The notes under the pieces were generated by a model. It searched no databases. It saw nothing but the letters and a program-made list of their open reading frames with translations, and was not told where the DNA came from. Below are positions 30,791 to 43,366 of a stretch of 64,000 nucleotides of DNA, piece by piece. The DNA lies in NCBI GenBank assembly GCA_951406725.2, contig OX597819.1, forward strand, positions 68,386,001 to 68,450,000, written 5' to 3'. A program made the translations under genes and the position numbers. Position 1 is the stretch's first letter. Every line of letters begins with the position of its first letter. The DNA comes from Octopus vulgaris. Taxonomy: Eukaryota.

Positions 30791-31453
30791 TTTCATTTTT
30801 ATATATATATATATACATATATATGTATGTGTGTGTTTGCGCGTGTGAGTGCGTGTGTGTATGTGTGTATGTGTGTGTGCTTTCGTGTGACACTGTGTGT
30901 ATGTGAGAATAGAGTACAGAACCATGCACATGAGAGATAGACACAAGGATCAACAAGTGCCAAGAGCCCACTGGATGTCCGGACGCACTTACCTTCTCTT
31001 TTAGATGAGCAGCTAAAGTGCTGATGGGCGCCAGTTGCCCTGTGTCCGTTAGAAATCAGCAAATGATATTTTTCGAACAATTCCATTCCTGGTAATCAGC
31101 CCATATCTGGGACCAATAAATCCGGATCACAGTAGACCTGGGAACAATTGTGGCTCACTACCGGGAGCAAAATTAAAACTACGGTACTCCCGAAAATGGG
31201 CCTCGATTCCGGATGCAGTGTAAAGCTTTACCCAGCGAGTGAGGCAAATATAGTCAACATGGCACAATAGAATACATTATGTGAAATGTATTTATAGTGA
31301 CTGGGGAAATTGCATGGTTTTCCTTAGTTTGCGTATGCTTTGCTTATATCTTCGAGTGATGTTATTGAGGATTTGCGGATAATTGCGGGATGCTAACGTA
31401 ATATTGAGCATGTGTTGCAGGGGGTACATTTCTTTATTAACTTAATGAAGCAA

Positions 31454-31676
31454 GGCGGAGAGCTGGCAGAATTGTTAGCACGCCGGGCGAAATGCTTAGC
31501 GGTATTTCGTCCGTCTTCGCGTTCTGAGTTCAAATGCAGCTGAAGTCGACTTTGTCTTTCATCATTTCGGGGTTGCTAAATTACGTACCAGTTAAGCACT
31601 GGGGTCGTTGTAATCGACTGCTTACACACTCCATGCCACGTCCTCCCAATTTTCAGGCCTTGTGCCTATAGTACAA
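31454..31676 (+). mobile_element. tRNA-derived SINE, family A, full length
   Basis: GGCGGAGAGCTGGCAGAATTGTTAGCACGCCGGGCG...GAGTTCAAAT...CAGGCCTTGTGCCTATAGTA. Confidence 0.85.
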
Positions 31677-31883
31677 AAGATCAGCTAAAAAAAGAAGTGG
31701 GATGAATTGTAGGTTACTTGTATACTGAAAGTTGAGTTGTACTATGTGACATTAAGAATTCTGTGATCTGGGTTTCAGCAAGTATACATGCGCAAACCGA
31801 CGTTTAAGTTTGTGTATTTACTATACATATTTATATATATATATATATGAAAGAATGGAGTCGAACGAAGATGTTAACAAAAT

Positions 31884-31978
31884 CCCTTTACTCTCGACAT
31901 ATGTTTCGAAGACAACATGTTTTCATTCCAAAGGAATAAAGGGTGCATTATGCAATCTTCTCATCAGGAAAAAAAGGG
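31884..31978 (-). ncRNA. Intact type I hammerhead ribozyme
   Basis: Minus strand reads CCCTTTTTTTC-CTGATGA-GAAGA...TCTTC-GAAA-CATATG-TC-GAGAGTAAAGGG. Full core, palindromic stem III loop and a GUC site. Confidence 0.85.
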
Positions 31979-32469
31979 AGCCTCTCTCGACAACAAGACA
32001 AACAAAAATTTCGATGACTGCCTACATGGTAAACAAAACGATAATGAGTGTTTTTTAAAAAACCGTTAGAAGAATTGACGTCAAAGATAGATAGTAGGAA
32101 GAGAAGGGTTAAAGGAATAATAATAGGTAAGGAACAAGTGGAGAGGGAAGGGTACGTTGATTGAAAGAATGTTCGAAAGCTTAGGAAAGAATTTCGCTAT
32201 TGAAGTGGGGTGGACGTAAAGCTAAATGTTCAAACCACAGTGACTATCGTTATCATTTATATGAGTAGAAAATATGTTTCTGCCAGTGTTTACATTTGTA
32301 TGATTTTTCTGAGTGTGTTTACTAGGGGAACCTTAGTTGTATTACCATTAATAATTCTAATAATAATAGAAATAGTGTAGTTGTTGGCGTTAATAATAAT
32401 AGTAACAACAATCATAACAATAAAAACTTCGTTTCGATCTCGGAGGACAACCCCAACAGAATTAAATTT

Positions 32470-32859
32470 TTGTCTAGTAATTCTAAGATTAAGAATTCTA
32501 TTTACCAGTGTAGAATTTCTTCCGGTACCGATATCTTCTTCTATATAGGAGAGTCCACTTCCCAGTCATCCAAGATAATTTCAAACCATTATTCAACATT
32601 CAGGGATACTAAAAAACGACATAGTACAGGGCTAAGTAAATTAGTTTGGCGTCTTAAAGACAACAATATAAACTTCAAGTTAGATTGGTTCATACTGTCT
32701 GTATCCTTTCCTTTTGATAAGGGCAGGAGATTTTGTAACATTTGCAACTCTGAACTCTTCCATATTCTCTTCTCTAAGGTTCCCCTAGTAAACACACCCA
32801 TAGAAAAATCATACAAATGTAAACACTGGCAGAAACATACTTTCTACTCATATAAATGA
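32470..32859 (+). pseudogene. PLE C-terminal GIY-YIG endonuclease fragment (Hydra-clade-like)
   Basis: SIYQC...FYIGES...H.S.F...STGLS..VW.LK...F...W.IL...C..C..E..IL...LVN...CKH. Homologous to ORF 60040-60366. Confidence 0.8.
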
Positions 32860-33132
32860 TAACGATAGTCACTGTGGTTTGAACATTTAGCTTTACGTCC
32901 ACCCCAATTCAATAGCGAAATTCTTTCCTAAGCTTTCGAACATTCTTTCAATCAACGTACCCTTCCCCTCTCCACTTGTTCCCTACCTATTATTGCTTTA
33001 ACTTTTCTCTTCCTACTATCTATCTTTGACGTTAATTCTTCTAACGGTTTTTTTAAAAAACACTCATTATCGTTTTGTTTACCATGTAGGCAGTCATCGA
33101 AATGTTTGCTTGTCTTGTTGTCGAGAGAGGTT

Positions 33133-33226
33133 CCCTTTCTTTCTTGATGAGAAGATTGCATAATGCACCCTTTATTCCTTTGGAATGAAAACATGTTGTC
33201 TTCGAAACATATGTCGAGAGTAAAGG
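33133..33226 (+). ncRNA. Hammerhead ribozyme, C3U variant
   Basis: Same motif as 31884-31978 but with core TTGATGA. Confidence 0.75.
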
Positions 33227-33464
33227 AATTTTGTTAACATCTTCGTTCGACTCCGTTCTTTCATTTATTCATATGCAACACACACATTTCTGCACATGAA
33301 CCCGGAGTTCCTACCCTTGGACAGGTCGCTTCAACCGTGTTTCTGACGTGAATTTGCTACCCAGGTTTCGGAAAAACGAATTTTCCATGCTGACGATAAA
33401 CATAGGATAATTCATTCACATATTTAAATATATATATATATTTATATATATATGTATATATGTA

Positions 33465-33518
<54 letters not shown>

Positions 33519-33636
33519 TATATAAATGTATAAATATATATATATATATACATATATATCTTAAATATATATATATATATATATATATATCTTACGAAAA
33601 CCGTAAGATGCTTTGAAATTCATTTCGAACCATGAA

Positions 33637-33701
<65 letters not shown>

Positions 33702-33913
33702 TGTGTGTATACAGATATATATGTGTATATACATACATACGTGCATCATACATACGCACATATGCACGTAGACGTGTGCATATACATACGTAAATTCACA
33801 CACACATACTCGTCTGCAAATAAGCAGATGGAAAAAAAACGATATATATATATATATATGCATATATATATATACAAACATATATATGAGTGTGTGTATG
33901 TGTGCCTGTATAT

Positions 33914-33964
<51 letters not shown>

Positions 33965-34451
33965 AACATAAGGTGTTGTTCTTTTCGTGCTCTTATATAA
34001 ACCCTTTGTGGTAAATAAAATGAATATGTATGAGAATGGGAACGTAACAGACCATGGAATAAAATATTGGGTTTTGTTTGAACAGAAGTTCATTCTGTCC
34101 CCTACACATTCATCTCTCTACGACCGTATTTTTCTATGTACATATGTATTTATATTTATCCACCTATCACTTTTTAACACGAACACGGATATTTGAATTT
34201 GCGCGCATGCGTTCTTGCGTCGGTATCTGTAAGCGGTTATGCACGTGGTTGGATTATGTACGGCAACCGTACTCATGGAAATATCATCGTTATTTCGAAA
34301 ACCGTAAGATTCTTTGAAATTCATTTCGAACCCTGAAATGCGAAATTTCATTGGTAATTCTATTTCTACGGTAGCGTTTGATTCTAACGATGTTTTTAAA
34401 ATCCAAATAGGCAGTGGTTAAGCATATATTTTAAAATCTACAGATATATAT

Positions 34452-34623
34452 GCGCAGGAGCGGTTGTGTGGTAAGTTGCTTGCTTACCAACCACATGGTT
34501 CGAAGTTCAGTCCCCCTACGTGGCACCTGGGCCAAGTGTCTTCTACTATAGCCTCGGGCCGACCAAAACTTTGTGAGTGGATTTGGTAGAGGGAAACTGA
34601 AAGAAGCCCGTCGTATACATGTA

Positions 34624-34713
<90 letters not shown>

Positions 34714-34908
34714 TTGTGTGCTTGCGTATGTCGCCCAACATCACTTGACAACCGATGCTGGTGTGTTTACGTCCCCGTAATCTAGAGGTTCGCAAAAGAG
34801 GCCAATAAAATAAGTACTAGGCGTCCTGGGTTCGATTTGCTCGACTAGAGGCGGTGATCAAGCAAGGTCGCAATCAAATGACTGAAACAAGTAAAAGAGT
34901 AAAAGAGT
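34452..34908 (+). mobile_element. Family B SINE, near full length
   Basis: Colinear with 685-1166. Confidence 0.9.
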
Positions 34909-35659
34909 ATACTTGAATATACAAGTCACCCCTACAACCTCAGGATCTCTTGTGTGATATGTTTATCTTCACAGCCAAAAATACTTAATGTATTCGAGAA
35001 AGATAATTCTTTAAAAATACTAGTGTTTCACAAAGAAACTCATTTTAGTCGATTGTTCCTCCTTGAAATTTGTTTATATTTTCTTACTGAAAATGTTTAG
35101 CATATTTGAAATTTTTCTCTTTGACATACAAAATGACTTTTGATGAGAGTTCTCAGGGAAGGTTTCATGCATGTTATTTTTTTTTTTTTGCTTTATAAAT
35201 TAAATCTGTTTTATGTTGTCTGCTCACTTTTATTTTTGTTTCTTTTATCACAATTGTCTGAATGGATATCTGTTATAAGCTTGCAATATTCGTTCTGGCT
35301 CCATGCTGTAATGGATATATTTCTTTGAAACACAACTATCTTACCAATCTGTAAACTTACTTTATGAAGCGGTATTCCAGATGGAGTTCCTATAACAGAA
35401 AAATTTGGACAAATAATTAGGACTGTCTTCATCGTTTTCTTCTTTAATTCATCAACACTTGAATTTGAAACTGTTTCTTTAATTGATATCTACAACACTT
35501 CCTCATTAACTATTAATTAGTCGCTGTCTTTTTGAACTAATTCTCACTAGTGACGCGTTAACATTCGGTTCTGAATTGAAAAACACTACTTCCGCTAAAA
35601 TATTTTTGTCTTAAATCTCATTTGGGATGTCAATGATGTCATACGGAAATATAGCGTTT

Positions 35660-36350
35660 CTGCTTCGTGTTCTCCATCACCATATTGAGGCATAAATGCA
35701 ACAAAACCTCGCTAATCTTCTGTTGTTCGCATCTTTTGAACAAGTCAATATTGCTGAAATAAATACAAGAGACCAAGATTCAATTATTGTTATTTTAATA
35801 CTTAGTGGCACAACTAGTGTTAACAACTGACGAACATCTACAAGTAAAATCACCTTCCCTCTTAATGTCAATATTAGTAACATTCCTCAACGATCAATTG
35901 CTGACAACGGGATCGGCACTCCAATAATGGAAGATTCCTCAATAAACAAAAGGTCTTGATTCTAATGAAGCACGCATAATTTAATATGATGAAAATGTTA
36001 CAAGCACTTCTATCAATTATACATATTAGCATTTTAAATTAAAAAGAATCATAGATGATTTTGCATTCTGGAAAGATTGATTCAAAGCCAGGATATACAA
36101 TTCCTTGCATAAAGAATTAAATTTACCTATTCGTAAACAAAATTAGAAGTGAATGGTTTTACCTGGACTACCAAAAGTATCAAAATAGCTTGTGAGGTGT
36201 CATTAATTCTTACTTTTCTGACAGAGTTTAGAAGTACAGTTACGGTTTCCCTCTGAGCATTGGCCAGCAGATCAATATCACACATTACTGGTACTCATAA
36301 TTCAGTAACATATGCATATTCCAGAATTTTCAGGTAAACGTTTCAAGTAA
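35660..36350 (+). pseudogene. Possible highly decayed Helitron PIF1-like helicase remnant
   Basis: Weak, ordered traces of G..KT.L.NLLL, SG..S....RT..S.I.FPL and a DE-like box. Many stops. Confidence 0.3.
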
Positions 36351-36397
36351 ACCAATAGTTTCAGGTAAACCAATACTTTTCCTTTTCGAACAGTATA

Positions 36398-36540
36398 TTC
36401 TATTGTATCTGGGGAGAGTCATTTCCTTTTTGTGCCTTATAATTTAACACACTCACCGGTAAAATTTCCACGTATTTCTTATTTTTATTTTCCTAAACTT
36501 TTCGTTGCGCCTTGCAACGTTTTCAATAGTCTTCACTCTA
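36398..36540 (-). mobile_element. Copy of the 16042-16350 family with an HHR-like motif (36493-36529)
   Basis: Shares TGT.TCTGGGGAGAGT.ATT and CACTCAC.GGT with the 16 kb element. Minus-strand motif is CTA-TTGAAAA-C-GTTGC-AAGGC-GCAAC-GAAA-AGT-T-TAG. Confidence 0.65.
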
Positions 36541-36799
36541 GTATATTGTTTTCTACATATAGTGCTTCCTTTTCACATCTATCATGATTCTCGGTAATTT
36601 ACAGCAATCGTCAGTTTATATGTTTTCCAGTGTTAAAGTAAGATGATTTGTTCACATTACGCGCATATTTTAACAAACAGTGTGTAAAAATGTCTGACTA
36701 ATAAAAACATATATTGGTGTATCCAGTCTCATTTTCTCGTAGGTGACACCTCTCACAAATAGCGTGGAATGCTTTAATATTTTTTAAAAAGAACTCCTG

Positions 36800-36945
36800 G
36801 CTTACTTACCAGCCACAATGCTTCTGGGTTCAGTCCCACTGCGTGGCACCTTGGGAGGGGGTCTTCTACTATAACCTCGGGCCGACCCAAAACTTGTGAG
36901 CGGATCTGGTAGACAGAAACTGAAAGAAGCCCGTCGTTTATATGC

Positions 36946-36983
<38 letters not shown>

Positions 36984-37184
36984 TTCCCCCCCACACACAC
37001 ATCGCTTGACTACCGATGCTGGTGTGCTTACGTCCCCGTATCTTAGCGGTTCGGCAAAAGGGACCGACAGAATAAGTACTAGGCTTACAAAGAATAAGTC
37101 CTGGGGTCGATTTGCTCGACTAAAGGCGGTGCTCGAGCACGGCCGCAGTCAGATGACTGAAACAAGTAAAAGAGTAAAAGAGTA
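36800..37184 (+). mobile_element. Family B SINE, 5'-truncated
   Basis: Colinear with 685-1166. Confidence 0.9.
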
Positions 37185-39265
37185 ATCAAAGATTATAGCA
37201 TAAGGAACCAGAAGGAATAGAAACTTCAAGTATAAACTCAGCTTACCAAATTGTCCATTTACTTTCTCTATCAGGCATAGTAGCGAGCAGTGAGAAGCAA
37301 TTTGATGTGTACTGTGCGTTTGAATTCTCTCAAATTATTGCTTAACCATACTTGTTTGAGACTTGGCAGACTCTATTTGCGGTTAGAGTACAGCAAGCTT
37401 ACACACTTTGTGATATTATGCATGTTTTTCAAACCATCATAAACGCAACATTCCATCATCAGATGAAACAGAACGATCATACAGATATTTCGTCACCTTC
37501 CATACATCTTTTTCTTCAATGTTTCCCATTTTCATTTCTATCAATATTGGAAATTTCTAAATATCTGTAGTGATGCCCTTATTGAAGATCAATATGTGTA
37601 TGTATACTAAATTTATATATATCCCAGAAATGATATGTGTGTGATATGGTACCACGAAGTTTCCGTTGAACTGTCTCTTGAAACCTATCCACCCCACGCT
37701 TACTTTAGAACTTCAAAATCCATGCATGAATCTGTCGACCCATTTTCATATTCTTTTTATCACGAAAACGTGTACATAGAGAGAACGGAAACTGTATATA
37801 TGATTCAGCCATTCTCATGGCCCAGAATCATAATCTATTTTTCACAGAAAGAAAGATTCTGATTTTCAGTAGACGTTGGAATTACAGTAGAAGCAGTATT
37901 TATTTTCACTTTGTCGTCTTTTAGTAAGACAAAAAAACTATGTGACTGTAGGGTAGTCCTTTTTTTAGAAATTCAATAAGACGACTATAAACAACATTTG
38001 CTGCTATATTAGTCTCGCTTTTTCCATTTCGCCAAGTAATGCTACACCATGCCTTTTAGCAATTGTTTGAAATTCAGCAAGAAACTCTCAAAGTACCAGA
38101 ATAGTTTGACGATTAGTTAATTCCTTAACAGCAAAATTATTCACAATTCCGAAACAGTGGCAATGTTTATCTGAAGTATAAGAAATATTTCAGGTATTTC
38201 ACATTTAGTAAGAATCATTTTCACTAGATAATTTTATGCCAAGTATTGTGTTAGTTACTGTTGAACATGGATGGAAGGCTATCATAAGCACCAGGCCAAA
38301 TGGTTATTCCTTTCTGAGTGTAAAACAAGTAATTAGTCAACACTTTGTAGGATGTACAGCAGAGGATATCTACAGCGTAGATATCCGGTTAGGGAAGGTC
38401 AGGTCGCAGTGATATTCCTATGTGCGGAGAAATATTTATGGACTAAATACAGCGGAAGTTTCTCAGTGGAGATGGTGTGAAGCCCTTCAGGTTTGTGAAG
38501 CAGAAAAGACAACTCAAGGAATAATAGAAAAGGCAAAGAGAGCATAAAGTGACTCGGTGCGCCAGAGAATGCACGCAATTGGTGAGACTAATATCTCAAG
38601 TAACCTTTATTTAGACGAGAGTTGGTGTGTGTGTGTGTGTGTGTGCTTGCCACATCAATGCTATCTTAGAATTAGAATTAGCCCATTGCTGCAAATCTTA
38701 CCATAGCGTTATCGAGTGTGAGTAGATAGCATTTGATGAAATATTTTCGGACACTGAAATCAAAGCGCTGCTTTTGTGAGTCAACTTCGCTTGCGTCGTA
38801 AATGCGCGTCAGTTATGGTTTAGGCTTAATTTTTCCGATGACATGTAACAGTTAAGTCTACGATCTTCCTCTGTAGAGACACAACTATAGCATTGATGAA
38901 GTGTTACATTATGCTTAAAATCACGTGTCAAATGTCAGAAGTTAAGGAGATAGTTACTGCTATTCTGTTGTAGGTACATGTTCTTTGTCTATCTCCCTAA
39001 CTTCTAGGAGATTTTATGTATAATTATACTAATGTGTCCATCTGTTCTAATTTGATTAAATTTGTGCAGCTGAAGATTGGTCTACATTTTAAATTGATGT
39101 AATGATTGCATTATTCAATTAAATGAAGTTGCATGAAACGATCGTACTGCATTACCTCTGCATATCCTTGTTGCTTATTTTGATTTTAATCACCTACTTT
39201 TGAAATTGTATGGATAATACCGTACTAAGGTCCGGTGCCTCAACTTAACTACCATATTAATCTGA

Positions 39266-39391
<126 letters not shown>

Positions 39392-39971
39392 CATTTGAAT
39401 ATATACAGGGAATGCATTATCGGAACACTCATGACTCCACAGAGAGACACAACAAATCCTGAACACCAATGTTCAGGAAATGTTTCTAATTTTTCCTTTC
39501 CACAAACTACATGACACAAGCGAGGTCGGAAGAAAGATGAAAGAAAAACGGTTTATTAAAATGTTCAAACCTGTTCTGAACGGAAATAAAAGCAATCATA
39601 TAACAACCAGTTAGTGATGTGGATTAATAAATAGTTCTAGCATATAAATATAAACAAATTTCAGAATATCGGTAGGCCTGGCAAACCGTAATGCTTAAGA
39701 TGCATGCGGATTGCGCAAAAATGTATTCTAAAATTTCAGCTTGCTGGAGCGTTCTAAATAAAGTTTGTAATAAAGTCAAGAACTCAACTGTCAGTTAAAC
39801 ACAGTTGAAATTTGATGATTTCGCTATGTATGAAAGAGTTAATTTAACTTTATGAGCATTACAAAATATTTTTTCAAAGTTGAAATACCATAAACAAAAC
39901 ATGAAAACCAGACCATGTTCTAACTTTATTCAACTGATATATTATCCTATAGACATTTAGACAATTTCGAA

Positions 39972-40026
<55 letters not shown>

Positions 40027-40028
<2 letters not shown>

Positions 40029-40233
40029 GCTCAGTCGAAGTCGACTCTCGGTCACTCGTTGGATCAGTGTCCTCCAGTCAGTTCTATACCGGGACGCTTC
40101 CTTCAGACTGGCCATGTCCATTCCGGTATCACTCCTGATGGTGTCAAGCCAGCGGGTTCTTGGTCGGTCTCTTCCTCTCTTGCCACTGACCATTCCGAAC
40201 ATGATGTCCTTCTCCAGGAATTCTCTCCGCATC
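40027..40233 (-). mobile_element. RTE (BovB-like) LINE 3' fragment inserted in (TA)n
   Basis: LEKDIMFGMVSGKRGRDRPRTRWLD...WRTLIQRVTESRLRL, the typical RTE-BovB C-terminus. Confidence 0.85.
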
Positions 40234-40772
40234 ATATATATATATATATACTCACAATGAGGATATTTAAATCTCTTATAGGGAAATATAAATCCAAACT
40301 TCACTGGTTTAAATTTTATATGTGAAGAGATATTTCTTCAATGATTACATTATATAAGATATCGTAAAATATCAAACATTATTATCGAGTTATAAAGCAG
40401 AGAGATCTAACAAAAACAAATTAATTTATTAATTAAGCAACATATTCTCCTATACCTCATTCATTTCACATAAAAATTAAAACTACAAACATATAAAAAT
40501 ATATAATTTCGCATTTTAAATACCTTGTATAGAAATTCATCAGGGTATACAAATCATCAGGGTGTACAAAGGACAATAAAGATTACATTAAGATCCGTAC
40601 ACTCAGATGATATTCCATGCAAGTTATTTAAAATGCAAAATTATATATTTATATATGTTTTGTAATTTTAATTTTAGTTGTGAAATGAAACAATTTTTGG
40701 TGAATATGTTGATTAATTGATAAATTGATTTGTATCCATTAGATCTCTTTGTTTCCTAACCCAATAATAATG

Positions 40773-41195
<423 letters not shown>

Positions 41196-41228
41196 TTGTA
41201 TATATGTATATGTATGTATATATATGCG

Positions 41229-41276
<48 letters not shown>

Positions 41277-41476
41277 GTTAATCCAAAGGAAGAAGAGCAA
41301 ACAAGACAAAAAACTATAACGCGAGGACGTGGTACAAGCACTGTATTATCAGACGCCCAGGAAAGGAAGGAAAAAGGATTTAACGTTTTGAGTAAAGCTC
41401 TTCTTCAGAAATAGAGGAAAGTCCAAAGGAAGGGAAGCCAGAGGAAGAAAATCGCCAACGATACACACATGATTAC

Positions 41477-41478
<2 letters not shown>
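41277..41478 (-). mobile_element. Short non-coding HHR-bearing repeat, copy 2
   Basis: Colinear with 23413-23640. Minus-strand motif at 41378-41412 is ATTT-CTGAAGA-A-GAGC-TTT-ACTC-AAAAC-GTT-AAAT. Flanked by (TA)n. Confidence 0.7.
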
Positions 41479-41512
<34 letters not shown>

Positions 41513-41523
41513 GCGTGTGTGTG

Positions 41524-41606
<83 letters not shown>

Positions 41607-41869
41607 TAGGTACATATGTGTTTGGGGGCTTTGGCAGAGTGTATGTAGATATGTGTGAGTGTTTGTGTTTGTCATCGATCACCTGTGACTACTGGTAGTT
41701 CGGTAAAAAGTCACCTATAGAATTAGTACCAAACTTACAAAAGAATAAATATTTCAGTTTGATTAAAACCTTCAAGTTTGGATGCTGTCTAATCACTGAT
41801 GCAAGTAAGTAATAAAAGGTAAGTAAGGATCTATGTATCCATTTATATATCATAGTTAATGTATATACA

Positions 41870-42450
41870 CCGTTGTCAGGTCTGTTACTGTGCTATTTTT
41901 CCCGTGATAACATTCTTAAAGATCTACTATGTCCAAAATACAATATACATCGGAGGGAGACGGGAAATGACCTAAGCAGGAGTGAAATCGCCAAATGTAT
42001 TCCGGGTTTTGGTGGGGCCATTTCCACAGGGATATGTAATCGCAATCAGCGGCACGCCTGCATGACAATTCGTTGCGTCCGATATTGAAAGCAGCGAATA
42101 AAACATTCGCTGATGTCCTGAATAATCGCTTGGAATTTTATTCAACCGGACGGCTTTTCACATTAATACCGAGACAGCAGCTAATCCCGTTGGGCAATAT
42201 GCCGACATCTTCATGTAAAACCGAAGTGATATGCATGTACAGAAATATCCTAAACGACAGTTAATCCGGTACGTGTGTGTCTAGACTGAGGAAGAGATAA
42301 AGGCAGATGATGATCAAAGACAGGAATGAATGTATTTGTACTCTGGAAGATATCTTGATCGTTTCTGATCGAAAACAATTTCCATAAAGGAAATCAAATT
42401 TATTTAAATATGACGAGCTTGAAAAAGAAATAAGCAGGATATTGAATATC
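41870..42450 (+). pseudogene. Very decayed LINE reverse transcriptase remnant
   Basis: RPILKAANKTFADVLNNRL resembles the RT RPI.L...K.F..IL..RL motif; little else is preserved. Confidence 0.4.
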
Positions 42451-42969
42451 AGATAATAGTGTCACTAAAAACGGTATCAGTACGTATGATAACGAAAGCT
42501 AACAAAAAGCGAAACAGAAAATACCATAATAAATTGTTTATTTGCGCGGTAAACAGTAGCATTCGATAGGAAATGAAAAGTTGGTCTCCTATGACGAACG
42601 TAACGGTCGTTGGGATACCTGTGATCAAATCTGCCGGAACTTACTTAGAATAAATTTTCAAAGTGGTCCTTTTGATTCTGGCTGTTTACCACGCAAAGAT
42701 TTATTTTCAGTTCGCCGATACCAGCAGGGATCAGCCAACAGTTTCTTCGGAATTATAAGTAACACGTCGGTTACAGTTAGATTCGGTACTTCTGGCAGAT
42801 GAGATACAACATACCAAACACCAGTGTCTCAAAATCCTTTTTACTAACAAATCAGGTAAAAACATAGGCATTGTAAAGAAGAGACCAACACAACAGATAT
42901 TAACGGGTTTGCTTTCAGATTTCCCGGAACATATTAAATTGTAAATCCTTTAACTTTTTATGTTTATGA

Positions 42970-43090
42970 ATTTTGTGTTGCAAAATTCCTGATGTGAAGC
43001 CGAGTGTTGAAACAAATATTGTTGTGTATTTCGGGATGGTCATTTTTTTCTTTTACCAAATAATCACACGCACTAAATATTCGCTTTTCA
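42970..43090 (-). repeat. Diverged fragment of the pseudo-LTR family of the 60579-63112 PLE
   Basis: GTGTTGAAACA.ATATTGTT...ATTTCGG.ATGGTCAT...CACACGCACTA matches 60590-60660 and the reverse complement of 63050-63112. Confidence 0.6.
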
Positions 43091-43289
43091 CTCGTTGGTT
43101 ACTGTTCTTATTCTAACACATAGAAGTACAGAAATATGATAAGAAGAGCTAGAGCACATTCGAAGACGGAAAGTGTGACCTAAGAGGACACATTTGTGGA
43201 GAAAGATTTCCGGACAATACTCATGAGTACGAATACGAGCATTAATAAACGAGTGAAGAACGAATAGATAGTGTGTGTGTTTATTTGGC

Positions 43290-43366
<77 letters not shown>
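43290..43366. repeat. (TAA)n microsatellite at the 5' flank of the R4/Dong-like element
   Basis: Direct reading. Confidence 0.95.

Larger units (their letters stand above)
31847..33424 (+). mobile_element. 5'-truncated Penelope-like element with inverted pseudo-LTR
   Basis: Inverted arms 31847-32336 and 32774-33264 (about 490 bp, highly similar) surround a GIY-YIG ORF fragment. Each arm has an HHR, and (TA)n flanks both ends. Confidence 0.9.
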
